64,000 nt of DNA from Iphione sp. A-MEVVRFRX5. Its lineage: Eukaryota. Of the stretch, positions 23,501 through 37,409 are shown piece by piece. Positions within the stretch are counted from its first letter, which is position 1. Each line of letters begins with the position of its first letter. Under the pieces are notes generated by a model. The model made no database searches. It was given only the letters and a program-made list of their open reading frames with translations, and had not been told where the DNA came from. A program made the translations under genes and the position numbers. The stretch lies in assembly GCA_976226885.1 (NCBI GenBank), contig OZ320314.1:59272001-59336000 (forward strand). Reading direction: 5' to 3'.

Positions 23501-26500
23501 AAACCGGCGGGACAACCCATAGGGGAAGGAAGTAACTGGATGGACAACGGCTTCTATAAAGTGGACCCAGAGATGACCTCTAATACAAAAATTCCCCGAT
23601 GAGAACGCGACGCAAGTTAACACAAATCACGTTGGGGAATTTTTCATCGTCATGGAGAAGGACAGCAGCAGGGCGAACCCCAAGAGGGGTCGGTAACGGC
23701 GGCCGAGATTGGTATTGGCGCCGCCGATTCGACTGCAAGTACTCGCCGGTTGCTAATGTAACTTTTACACCCGACTCTGTTGCCTCTACTTTAGATAATG
23801 CGAAGGGTCTCCCATATGTTGCTGAGGTTGGGCACTTGGGAGATGGCTTCAAATAGTAGTCACATCGTGGAAGCCATTTGTCTCCTGCCCAAACTACCTT
23901 TGTACACCGAGTGCATGCCCCGTTTTCATTCTTTATTGAGCATTTCACTCTCATGAGTCATCGATGAGCCAAATCCAGAAAATCTTCCATTTAAGGCACA
24001 AAAAATACATGTAAGTGTAAACCACAAATATAATCTTATAATTAAGGCAATTGCAAAATGGCTGTATCGACAGATTTAGATTAATGTCCTCAGTGTTTAG
24101 CGAAATCTTTCTCACTTGTACATATATACATGTATAGTAAAAGACGGTCTCATTCACGGTATCATGTGTCTATGTGTATATATATTTATGTATTTATGGC
24201 ATCGTGAGTAAGGTGGAATCTTTTGCCTCTAGTGTTGCTCTCTTGTTGTGCAGGGGAAGCTGCCGTCGGATTCCCTCGGCCTACAGCCCAGGGGCATTGT
24301 TGGTACGGGCGGGTTGGCACTGACCCTGGCGGGAGCACGCAGGGACAAGGTGCAGGTTACTGTTAGATGGGTGCCGAGCGGCTTTGAGGGCAGCCGTAGG
24401 GCGAGTAGTCTCTAGTGGTAGGAGGAGTGGTGGTGGAACCACAATGTTGGCGAATGTCTGGGGAGAGAGAAGCACGAAAGTCGCTTGACACGGCTGCTCC
24501 GTCAGGTGCTGTCCTCCGTAGTCTTCCAGCACCCAACCCTGCCTTCCCTCCCGGAGAGTTGCCCCCCTCGTGATTGGCTTCATTAGGACCACTCAATGCC
24601 GACGATCACGCCTCGCACGGTCACAAGAGAGAGAAATTGAGTGACGCGCGCCCCAGTCGTATTACACGTGCTAATAAATAATGTACGCGGCCCTCGCTCA
24701 TCTCTCAATGTCCATCGGGCCCTATTAGCCTCACTACTGACGCGCCAGTGCTGAGATTTGCAAGTCTCCTGCTCGCCGCCCGCCGCCTGCCTCCGTTCAC
24801 GCGCCGAGTGCCCGTTCGGTGGCGGGGTAAACGCTCCAGCCTCCGTTGGGGGTGTGACGACAGGGCGCTAGGACCTCAGCTCTCCCCACAACCCCCCCTC
24901 AATACCGCCCACCATGCCACTTACATGTCACTTAGTGCCTTAGTTAAGACATCGCCCGACGCTCATCAATACTCATGTACATTTGGTTGGGAATCATACA
25001 TATAATATGCATTTACTAACATGATCTGTAAATAATTTATATAACATCAAAGGATGCTGTGCTGTGGTTCCCATCTGCTTACAGTATAATTGCATTCGTC
25101 TCTATATTTCTTGCTCTATTATGCCCAAGTCAGTAACTACAAAGACTACCAGTATGTCGCCTTGAGAATATGGAAGCATACCAATGCGTATCATATAGCA
25201 TGAATACACAGTACATATTTCTTACACCTAGTTGACGGCTGGGAATCTGTCTGATGGATGTAAAGTAGGACCGCGTCGTGTAAAACACGTTGATAGTGTG
25301 AAGCATCGGCCAACAGCCTTAGCATCGGGGGCATTGTAAAGACGAACAAAGCTAGTCTTCTTTCGGCCCCCTCCCAGTTAATTGCACAGTGCCATTACCT
25401 ATCCATCTGCGCGCGTCTTTACTTACCTCTACCAGTCTATAGGCGAGATCTCCTTCAAGGAAATGGTGTTTTCATGAACCTGGTTCGCCGTTCAGCCAGT
25501 GGAGTTCCATAAAGTGTGCAAAGTGGTGGAAAATCGGGGCATTCAGCAGCAACCATGGCGCAGTGGTCGATATGAAAGGTCTGGTAATCACAGCAGTAAG
25601 GCAATCTCTACTGGACAGACAACGAAGATATTGGAATCCTACCCTCAGTTATTGGAGGGGGGCTGGCTTAATTTTCAATTTAATCTAGGATCTAAAATTA
25701 AATTCCTCAATATGAGTAAAAAGATATGCATATATAAGATTTCTAACGTTAACATAGTTGGGGAGAACATGATCATACATATCTCTCCTGTGGAAGAGAA
25801 AGTTTGGAAGTGACAGTAGTCAAGTAGAGTTTGCTACGTCTGCTCGAAAGTCCACTCAGCTTTTACGGTAAGTGGGAGGGTGGTGACCGGCAGCACTCGG
25901 GTCAAATACCGGCCCGCCTCCTCCTTCAGTCTCCACCACTAAGCGCTTGGTGCCGGTCACAGGCCTTAAATCTTGGTGGATGACTGAGCGGCCGCCCGGG
26001 AGCCTATTTACCCAGCAATACCCCATAACGGTATTAGGCATTCGATACATCCTGGTGGGCAGCCCCCTCGGACGGATCAAGCTCGTTAAGGTGGTTTCCA
26101 TGTTCGTTTGGCTAGACCCTGTCTCTGTATTAGGTGGTCACCAAAAAGTGGAATTAGGTCCGAGGTTAACCCTTTAATACCAGACTGTCGAATTATTACT
26201 CTTGAACTCTAGAAAAAAGGCATGATACTACAAAATTAGGGCGTTGTTGTGTGAACAAGGAAATGATTATTCGGGCAGACGTGGAAACGAATTAGTAAAT
26301 GTATCGACACCTATGCGTATCTATGATAAGGAGGTGAAAGAAATGTAAAACCCAAACGAGACACGCGGCAGTTTTAACCCGTTCATTTTCTGACAGGTCC
26401 CAGAACGTATTTATACTCTTTAATCTCTTTCCTAAATACTGAGAAGCTTGGTTGTCCAGGAACAGCGTGCTAATCTGATCCGTTTGTTTCTATTCAGCCC

Positions 26501-29500
26501 GGACGTAGGTCCAGCTCGATGGCCAGGTAGTAGAAGCTCGCCTTCTCGCTTTGTTTTTTTGGACATTTTCATTCAAAACACATCGGGAGAATACCTGCGC
26601 CCATTACTTAGCTGTTTGTGTTTGTGCATGCAGGTCTCTTTTGACTGTGCAGGATAAGCTGCCACCTAAAGATGAAAGGTAAATAATTGTGTCTGCAAGA
26701 AACCTAGTCATCGGTGAAATAATCCATCTTTTGTTACAGCTACTTTCTGTTAAAGGTTCAGAACAAGGGTGCCGTGACTGAAGGCCTGAAAACAGGTGCA
26801 TCTACATTTTATGGATGGGCGGATAGGCCACACCTTCCCACCTTGCAGGCTCCTCTAGACAAAACTCATTCCAGCCCGGCATACCTAGGTCCGCCGTGAC
26901 TATCTTATCTCCGGTGGGTCAGGGGAGAGACAGGCAAAGAGTCGTGCCAGAGCTGATGGAGTTAATTTTTGTGATTACGAGCCGTGTAAGCGAGGGTCAC
27001 AAAGGAGCCATTGAAGGCTGACAGTGGACGCAAATATGAAGTGTCAGGTCCGGGGTGTCCTCCGTTCATCCGATATGCCTTCTGTGGACGCGACCCTTTA
27101 TAGCGTGCCTGGCACTCGTGAAAAAAATCCTGCGCACAGAGACAGGTTAACCTTTCTAGCTAACAGAAGGGCCATGCATAAACCTACGTGTCAGTACATA
27201 ATATTAACAATACGTAAGTATGCATGTGTACATGCAGGTGCATAATATGTACAGGTGTACCGATGTATGTGTACACATTTGGTAGCATACGTTTTGTCAG
27301 TATATAACCAAGCATGGATCTGCAAAGCGGCACATAACCGGGTTATATCCTCTTAATATATGTGCATATGTGTAATCTGTATCTCTCATTCTTTGGCGAA
27401 CCATGTATTCATTATAGTATAACTAAATAAACACTCAAATCTATTGGTGGTTTTGTTTGGAGTAATGCAGTTCAAGGCAAGATGAATATGATATGGCCCT
27501 CTATTCAAGATCAGCGGTGGTATTTTTTTTCGCTCACCCTATTCAAATGTTAACAGTATGGGTGGTCTTCCCATTCAGGTGAAACTCGTCAAAGAAGACG
27601 CTCTCCAACGCCCAGAAGACTAGTTTACTGATGACAAGGGAGTCGGTGAGCTGGACACATCATCACCGCTGGAGGACCTTACTTCGACAATATTGGTCAC
27701 TGTACTGCAATTTGCCTTATAGTCTCACTCGTGTAAAGCAGGTCAAACAAACCCCACAGGCACTGTGCTAACCTTACCTCGAAAATGGAGGTAACGTCCA
27801 CAATAAGCAAACTATATTTAGCCTGAACGGAAAGTAATGCGCCGAGGGTTTGGAAGAAGCTGGGGGATGTCCCCCTCGGGCTGTGGGTCAGACAGGGCTG
27901 GGTGGATGTGAAGTAGAGGGGAAAGCCGCCGAGATGGTTGAGAGTGGGGAGTACAGGCTTGGGGTAGGCAGGCCGCCTGGCTGCCGGTTGTCGCTACCCA
28001 CCCCCACACATCGGACACGAAGACCATGCAGCTCCGGGCAAAGATCTATAGTGAGTGCTCAGATTGGTCCGTGCCGCCGGTCGTAGATTATATGGCGCTC
28101 CTGTCAGGTGATAGATTAGAGTAAGATACTCCAATTACACGACCTGTCTCCTAACATGCTCGTACCTTTATTGGATAACTTTATCCCAGGCTGCCATAAA
28201 TATGAAAGGGAATTAGTGATAGATTTGAGATGTGCGCTTCATTCTCTGGATAATTTTAAACTAGAAGACCTAGTTTTCTACCTAGCTTAGTCTAATCGGG
28301 TGACCAACTGACTGCCTCAGGTTTCTGGAGCTAATCCACTGGAAGGATTACGTAGCAATCCATGTGGTATGCATTAACACCGGCGGCTGGATGTAGTCTG
28401 GGTAAGGAGATCGTTTTCATTTAACTGTTTAGGACACTACAAGGAACATTACCGTCACTGCAAAATAACTCCTGAACGGCATTTGCAGCTCGGGCACGTA
28501 CGGATGTGACCGCATTCTTGAAGGTGATCAATTTTGTCCTAAATTATTGCTACTCTAATGGCAGAGACGCATAAATAGTTAAATATTTAGTGAGTAAAAC
28601 ATCAGGAAATATTTGGAATTGTATCAAAGGTGTCACCAGAATTGTTAGTGTTGAGGACTGTTCACGTGATGAAGATGGTACTAATCGGAAGCCATGCAAG
28701 CGCTGCGGGTAAATATTTGCTGAACCAGGGAGAAAGGGATCGGTCGATTAGATGATACATGAGAAGACTGAAAATATATCTTTTTTATTCAATCAAAAAT
28801 AGACTCATGTGAGAACTATGGCCTGGGAATATAATCCCCACCATCAGCTTTCCACGGACAGGGGGCCATATAATTTATACATATATAAATGTTCATATTT
28901 TGTGGTTTTCTTGGTTTTGCCAAAGACCATGTGATCGGAGTATATTTCTCTTTTGGCTTTTTCATCTGAAGCCATCTCCGTTTTCGCAACGTTGGCCCTC
29001 TACACCGATGTCTTACCACGCATACATATACACATGTATGTTTATACTTGGAATTGGGTCCGGCAGATACCAAGTCTTGTCTGGAACATGATGAGTCTGA
29101 GGCTATAGCCACCAACCGGCTAATTCCGTTTATAGATTACTACTATCAGCAACCGCCGTCGAGATTCCTACTGAGCAGATAAATCTCGTATACATCAGTG
29201 CAGGCGTTAACCTTATTCCCTACCCTGTGCTGCCATTACTCAGTCTACAAACGGAGATGAGCCTTTAAGTCTTACAAATTGGCCCTATTGACACTGCGTT
29301 GTCTGACCCATTGCAGAGTCTTACAGCTCAGCCCAGCAGGGCGTTAGGAGTGGCCTTTTAAACCATAGGCCATGACCTATTATCAGTCGCCGGTCACCCC
29401 AGTGCTGTTGTTGGACCCCTCATGACGCCCTCGAACCTTGTTCCGGACCATAGAACACCCCATGAAAAACACAAGGAAAACACGGCGCTAGAGGGAGACC

Positions 29501-32500
29501 GGTCTGGCCTATTTTCCCTCCTCATTGTTGCGCCTTGCCTCGAGCCGTTCATCCTTTCTAGCGTTTCTATAGGCGCCGCAGTTCAAGGGGCATTTGTGAA
29601 CACGAATCGACAAAGCCGCCTCCCCGCCCAATTAAGAAGGTTAAAACACTCCCCAGCCATGAACAAAAAGCATTTGGTTATACAACTGTGGTTGCCTAGC
29701 TATCGCTTGACCTCCCGCACATTGAAGCACAGATGGACGCACCTTGATGGGGGCTTAACAAGGGTACCTTATATCCTTATATCTCCTCGTCATATTATAG
29801 GTATCTGTCTGTATGCTATGTGCTCATCATCCTGTCAATGGACGGGAGTTCTAGATACATGTAATCCGATGTAGGAAGTACAAATAAACATTATGTTACA
29901 TTAGAGATCGAAAGAGATGCATGACGAATCCTCTTGTCCTGAGAAGCCTTCTGGACCCTCCCTCTCTCACACGATTCCCGCATTTCGCAGCGTGTGATTA
30001 TGCTATTGATGCCGACTGTTGGCGCCGCCGAGATCACTGCCACGACGAATCAAACAATGGAAGCGAATAAAAGAGAGAACCTGAAAGGCAGCTCTCCCTC
30101 TGGCTTCGTTCTCATGGCAGCTGAGGGCGTCTCGATCGATCTACACTCAGCCCGTAGCCGAACTTAGGGGAAGCTCTGCTCTGTACAATACCTCAAGCTT
30201 CTTGATTCCAGAGACACGCATGGCACGGGAGCTGAATCTGCGAGCACTGTGACAAGAGACGAACCAGGGTGGCAAGCAGGGCAATAGGGGGTGTGGATAA
30301 AAGTGCCTGAAACCTGATCAGCCAGCCCGACTGGGCGTCTTGATAAAGGCAGCTCATAAATAAGTGACAGTCAGGTTTGGATATTGTGGACCGGCGCATG
30401 TGGCGGCTGTCGGTCGCGAGGATCTGAACCCGTCTCAACGACGTTCCTCGTCGCGTGGTAGCGTTACATTATTGACAGAGCACATCGCGCAAAAAAAAGA
30501 AAGTTGCCTCGGAAATACGTTGTACAGAATATGGGAGAACAAAGACAGAGGCTCATTATAGATACATACGATGTCCTGTTAACTTGTCGGAGTTAGTCAA
30601 CTTGTTTGAAACCAAGACCTAGGAAATCTTGTGTCCAAGGACACCCTGTATAGCAGCGATGGTGTCGGTCCTGTTCACTATTCCAACAACCCACCCATCT
30701 GACGGCTCCGTGGGCGTACTTCCCTTTGTCTTGCCGTCCTCGCCTGTCGGGGTGTCTCCTGGTTCAGGAGGTTGTGTTGTGGCTTGGGTCGTGTCATCTG
30801 AACCACCCCTAGTTAGCGGCATGTCGCCCGAGGCAGTCTCTCCAGGGGATGCCTCGTGCTCACCTGCCTCAGGTAGGAGAGATGCGTTACCTTTGATTAA
30901 CATTTACTCGGGAGGGGCCTAGCCCCGGCAGTGCATATAACAAGAGTACGTATCTTCCCACGCCTTTATTCAGTCACACAAACCGCTGTATATATAGAAG
31001 CTATTGTTGCGCAGGTCACCACATAAATGATCGTCTTTATAGGGGCAAACGCGCCTTTCACCCAGACGCATTCATGTGGATTTACCCTGTCTGTGCTTTT
31101 GCAGCTTATAGATGTACAGTGCACATGCTTTGGTATGGAAAGCAGTTCATCAATCTTGCATGGTTGATATTTTGATCAGTTTAGTTGAAACAAATTGCTT
31201 AATTGTATGTTATTCCTCTGTGGGTGAAAATATCACCGCAGGTTTCCTACTTCGGGTATTATATCGGTCACATAGGGCCGAAAAGACGGCCGGCTCTTTC
31301 AGAGAATGATGCAATATTCATCAAAAACCTGTCATCTACCAACCAAATATATATCCGATGGCTAGAACGGTATATACCCCGAAAACAGCCCTCTATATTC
31401 CAATAAAACTTCCACTGCTTCGTGTCGTGGTGTGAACATGGGTCCAGACATTTTCCGGTATAAGGCGCCGTTATATAGAGGGGTTAATCGGTGCTGCTGA
31501 CTTGTTGTTTAAAGTTTGGGTTTTGACCCGGCTAGTTATTGACCCGAAAAATAACTCGGTCAAACTCGGACTGGAGTAGACGGCATCCAAGCAGGTATAC
31601 CTTCGTATTCCCCCTGTGTGCTGTTAAAATGCAACCACGCTCTGGAGTACTGACTCTCGAGCCGAATTCATTGAAGCTTGATCATCTCTGTCTATTCTGA
31701 GAAATGTTTTCGAAACATTTATTAACTCTTAGTCAGGCAACCGTCACAAACATGTGGCTTCCTCTTCATGCTGAACAGACAATGTGTGAAAATATATGTC
31801 CACTGGAGTCGAAACATCGACTCTACATGCCGACCATGGGGTTCTCCCTGCTGTAAGGGACAAGTGCACAGATCTCAATGTAAAGTATGGATTTAATAGA
31901 TGCAGGTTCAAGTAACCCACGACGCCCATCCATGGAAGGGGCACCTTTGCACGGCTTCAGGAGCTGTCGTTAAGGGCTGTCCATTCAGACCATGCTGCTG
32001 ATTCCATGACTGAGACTTGACCAAGGGGCAACCAAAGACAAATCATAGGTCCGGCCATTATGTGACAGGAGAGATAACGTGTATCGACCAAGGCAGTTTA
32101 ACGCATGGTTATACATATATCACCAATACTGGTTTCTCATAGAAAGCCTTGGTCATAACAACTACATGCATGTACATGAACATGTAGCATTTGGTGTTTG
32201 CGTGCAGCTGTACCCGAGACCCCTCAAGAAAATCTGTATGCTTAATGGTAGGCTATGACACCCTTGTTACGCCTCACAGAATAGTGTGGCTCTCTTTCCG
32301 TCGTTAGAATTGCCCTGACCTGTCATTTAAGTTAACAGCACGGCCTCTTCAAATAACACAGACGCAACCTGTACATTATCGCAGTCTACCATATCATAGG
32401 TTATAACAACGAGCAAGCAATCGTCAAGAGCCAATTCAGAGTTACCCTGTTCTAGGGATGCGGGAGGGGGCACTGTGCGCATTGCACACTTGAGAGCCTG

Positions 32501-34869
32501 AAGTTTACATGGTCTTAAGTATAACCTCGACACATTGTTCAATTTCACTGTTGCCAATATTGTTTTCATGCCCATTCTAGAAATTACTCCTATCAAATGT
32601 TACTCCCACATTACTTCCAAATAAGTACATTGTATTCCTCTGTTATGCACACATGTTGAGAAGAACTGAAATCCTTTGATGAACTGATGAACTGCAGTCA
32701 AGAAAGGAGTGTACGTGTGTATGTATTCAGAATATCATTAGAGGCCCAGCTATGGTCCTGAGATAGTAGCAATGAACCCGGCAGGTAGCAGGAATTTACG
32801 AGGTTTTCAGAGTTATCTCGCGTTCAGTCTTAATCAGCTTAACTTTCATGTCCAGCGTGCTGTCAACGGCGGAATATACTCAGAGATAAGCTTCCTAGGT
32901 ATAGAATATCACTAGCTTTTTTCGCTTTGACTACAATGCATCCCAGCCTCTTGACCCCCAGCTGTTCTCCATACACCATTGCCGACAGTGCTCTGAGGTC
33001 CTTCACTGGAATATTAAAACCACCCGAAAGGTGGCTATCGTTAGGCAGACTGTAATTCATGCCCTTCATACCTAAGTTTCTCCTTTCCTCCAAGTAGATA
33101 GTAAGCGAACCCGTTGCCAATAAATATGTGTATATTCTAACTATGTGTCAAGAGCTGGACGTTTGTAACTAGCACACCTATGCAAGTGTTGTTTATTTAT
33201 CTATAGAAAGGAAAACGAATTCTGTCTGCTCCTGTTGGAGCCTTCATCGTGTGCAGCTGAGACCCACAATACATTCATTCCATGTACTGGATGGCCGGTA
33301 AGCTCGGACCTGTGTGGGTAAATAGCGACAATGACAAGATTCGCAGGTCTTTGGTTTCTACGCGGGGCAGTCTGGTCAGCCACGAGTGTGCATGCGAAAA
33401 AGGTAATAGGATTTTGAAGTTAATGGGATTTTGAAGAGAAGGAACAGTTTAGCTACCTATAGATCCTATAGATGTGTACACGTGAAACTCGGAGAGTAGG
33501 GATGACATTAAGATTGATGATACACAATAGACTTGTCATTGGGAAGCGGGAAAGGAATATAAATGAAAAATATTATAAAGCCGAGGTTTGGTCACGCCCG
33601 GCGGAGTAGTACTTGTCCGTTGACCTGCCTCGTGTACCGCCCCCTTCTCTGCGGCCACCTTAACACCACACCGATGTCTATCGGCGCCCCGCCGGAGCCA
33701 ACTCAACGGTCTAATATCGCCAATTTGTACTCATTTTGACATCACCCCGACGCCGTCAGAATAGATAAAATATAGCACCGCTGAGGTGATAGCGACAATG
33801 GTGTCGTCTTGACTCCAACCCGCCAAGATAAACAGGGATATGATTAAGGTTTGGCCAAGGATATGACTTCATTTGTGAGGGGTAAGTGTCACCTTTTGTC
33901 TGCACTCCAGTGCGACGTTATTCAACTTCTGGCCTGACTAGGCACTCGTTACAGAGGCCTGAGCCAAACGCCGGAGGAGAGCTGATAGGCCTAACGAGCA
34001 CCAAAGTAGACCAAGGTCTACAATAGTCTGTATTTTGAAACGTTTCTTCTCAAAGACACAAGTTATCTCCAAGATTGGATAACATCTGGTGCTGTATTAT
34101 TACATACATCGAACAACAGATTTCATTACATGTTATGCTATCCCGAAAGAAGTAGCCTATCTTGCTTCGCATCAATTTCCAGTACCGGTATATGCATGCA
34201 CATGCGTGTGTTTTATTGAGTCGCTCTAAGTACACCTGACTTCTATTTAAATGAAGTGTGTGTCATACAACTGAGCTAAAACTCCGTACTTAATAGAAAC
34301 GTTAACCAACGCTAGATGCAGAGCTTAACAAAGCAATAAACCGGATGGACGAAGGTGGGGGGGAAACCTCGTGGATTTTTCAGAAGTTAATTTGAACCAT
34401 TTGCTCAGTCTTTATATGGCGTCTTTGATCTTACGTGTACACATATACTCGTAGCTATTCGTTCTTCCGGCAGACACATCCTGGTCTGTATTATTGGACG
34501 TTGTGGCGAAATCCTCATTTTGATCTCCGTTGGGAAGAATGAAAACAGAGCAAAACAGGAGTAACGCCTCCCTAGAGGCTTATTAGGACCAAACAACAGG
34601 GACTTGTCGCGAGGTAGTTTTTGTCACTGTCTCCGTGTGCCAGCAGCACGGCATGATTGATCGAGTGGCAATTACACCTCAGAGGCAGGGTGTGAGATTG
34701 GCTGGCCGACTACCTACTGATGTGGTTAGGACAAGGAGACAGCCAGATCGCACCGTCACCAAAGGGGTATAGGACAGTCCGAAACACCAACTTAAAGGGC
34801 ATTCTCGCTGGCTGGGTCACCTGACTATGTGCAGAATAACCTGTTGTCTAAAGTGCTAAAGTGGTGCTC

Positions 34870-34870
<1 letters not shown>

Positions 34871-34926
<56 letters not shown>
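34871..34926 (+). repeat. (AG)n microsatellite
   Basis: Seen directly. Confidence 0.98.
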
Positions 34927-34929
<3 letters not shown>

Positions 34930-35724
34930 GTGGCGAGAAACAAAAAACAAGGCATATACCCTAGCTGGTAGCATAGCGTGTATGTTGATCAAGAGGTAAT
35001 GGTAACTAGCTGTGTAAAAAGGAGGAAAGGAGAAGGAGATGACAAGCGATAAAGTGTAAAATAGAGAGCTAGTGCTCAAATAAAGCTAGGGGTGGTGAAG
35101 AGGAGACGATAGCAATTTAAGGGGCTTTCCACACAGGGAGAAGAAACATGGATCGCGCGTCCCTCTCATTAAAAGGAGCTGTAGCCAGCTGAAGTAGGTT
35201 TGGAGTAAGAACCCTTGAAGGAGTAGTGGCAGGCACCAAATTAAACACCATGCAACCACATATACCATAGGTACGTGTAATTAAATTCTATAATTGTCCC
35301 TACATAACAAGAGCATTTTGAATATAAAAGTGCCCTATTTTTTAACGGATCTGTTCTGTATCGTCTGATAAAGTCGTTTTATGGAATAATGATAGTATGG
35401 TATGTAACAGAGTGAATAAAAAAGAATGTTACAACTAAAACTCGATGGTGGGGAGGAAACTGCATTGTTTCTATCACAAGATTGGCAGGACGAAGTTTTA
35501 TTTGAGACTTGGTATTATTCATTTTTAACTCGAGGAATCACCCTGAGTTAATTCTTTGTAATAAATGTAATACTTGAATCACGGATAAATTTCTTTTAAG
35601 TGTGCTGTATATTCAGAAAGCGCCTCCATATGATCACTGCTACATCCTTTTGTGTGAAAATATGTATAGATACAGATCTTTAATTCTTTACTTTCGGTGA
35701 AAGCCTATGTACTGTGTAACCTAC

Positions 35725-36189
35725 CTGATTCTGATCGTCGAGGACCGAGAGGCCACTACTAGGCAGCGCGAGCAGCGACGAGTCGTGTAAATCGTGCGGT
35801 CCCCGTGGAGGGATGAGCACTTCGGGCCGGTTGACCGAGCCGTAGTCCGACCGCCGCCCATCGTAAGCGCTAGGGAAGCCGCGATGGATCGAGTTGCTCA
35901 GCGGGTCGCTGCCGCCGCCGAGCAGCTGCTGGCGGTCGTGCGGGTTGACGTACTGCTGGTGGTGGCCGCTGTTGTAGTGGTTCAGGTGCGCGTAAGGGTC
36001 CGGGTTGACGTGGTGGTGAAAGTCCACCCCCGGTTGCTGCGGCACCGAGTAAGGCGGCGGGAAGTAGGGCGGCTGGAAGTCGGTGGTCGGCGTGTGTCGG
36101 AGGCGGTGGGTTGGGTTGGTGAACGACGACGTGCCCGTCGTGCCTAACTGGTCGAGAGACCCGTGGGTACCCACCAGGTCCCGCCGATC
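35725..36189 (-). CDS. TFAP2: TFAP2 coding exon 2 (proline/tyrosine-rich activation domain with PY motif)
   Basis: Acceptor ttctgttctag|GAT CGG CGG (DRR) and donor CAG|gtaggt. 465 nt = 155 codons, phase 0/0. Contains DFQPPYFPPPY, the AP-2 PY motif, followed by a His/Gln/Pro-rich region ending SGLSVLDDQNQ. Confidence 0.95.
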
Positions 36190-37409
36190 CTAGAACAGAA
36201 AAGCAGTGGACTGTGCTGATTATTAGTGAAAATTGGCAGACACTCCCATCAACTCAGCACGTATCTCAAAACGACCGTGAATATTTCCTTGCGCATAATC
36301 CGCCCGTTCAATTATCTGCGATCCTCATAATTAGATGGGACACTTAACGCTGTCTTTTTTCTAAATTAAATATGTACAGGTGGAAAATAAGGTGATTTAT
36401 CAGGAAAGAACAAACTTAAACGACTGAGGACAATAACATTTGTGGAAATATTTCATACATCAAAAATGACAAAAGTAAGCCCGCAAAAACACATGTAAGT
36501 GATTTGAGGTGAACCGCTGGGTCATAATGGTGATTGTTTGAGATAAAATACTAAAATATTTAACCGTAGCCTAAACATAAAGCTTCAGCAAAGGAGGACT
36601 TTAGCGGAAACCAGTTCACCGGAGACGATACCCCGGTCCCCATCTGACAGTAAAGTTCATCTGCCGGACACCTGGCCTGGTGGCCCGGTCCGCCCAACGA
36701 CATGGCAGGGAGGTCGCTGTCATGGTAGCGGGTGTTATCATCAGGCAGTCGGAACAGAACATTCACCACAATATAAAGAAAAACTTTCTTTTGATGAGAA
36801 GTTTTCGAATATCTCTCTCTCTCTGTCTCGTGATTAGTGGATTTGAAGCTTGGATTGTAAAGCCGATGAGAGAGTACGGTAAATAGGGTTCGGCTTTGGC
36901 CCGTGTAAGGCTCTTGGATTGCGGGGGTCATGCCCATGAGTGCCACGCGAAGTCAGGTAAGGAGCGGGTGACAGAGATTTAACACCCCTCTGCACTCCTC
37001 ATAGCCATATAAGCCTGCCAATTACTGGCGCCTTTGTTCCAGGCGGGCGGCAGAGGTGAGTAGTGTTCATCTGCCAAATCACCAGCTGAAGTTTCAGTTT
37101 CATCTCCTTTTACTCGGTCAACTCAATCATGCACTGTACCGAGAGTTTCAAAGTTTACAACAAATGTTATATACAAAGTTGACGTCAGCAAGTTAAACGC
37201 ATACGTATACGTACAGACAATGATGCATAAGGAACAGTTATCATTGCACATCCTAATCATGTGTACAACTTTATGTTCAGGTGTAAATGCAGCAGGTACA
37301 CAGTGTATATAAGCACATGTACTTAAGTATACACGAAATTTGTACATGCGTACATGTGCAGCATATGAATTTCATTTTATGCACTGATACCAAAGGTTGG
37401 TTTTCTTAC

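Noticed and set aside
25421-25610. Perfect minus-strand donor GAG|gtaagt in intron 2
   Set aside because: The nearest acceptors give 10-nt or about 184-nt exons that break frame or start with a stop.
27559-27567. Exact GLI consensus TGGGTGGTC
   Set aside because: Single site; about 0.3 expected by chance, with no supporting cluster.
32940-32985. Minus-strand WCMENSWG, like the papain-family W-x-V-x-NSWG motif
   Set aside because: Surrounded by stops in all frames, with no catalytic Cys or His motifs nearby.
35794-36147. 117-aa plus-strand ORF
   Set aside because: Antisense shadow of the GC-rich TFAP2 exon 2.
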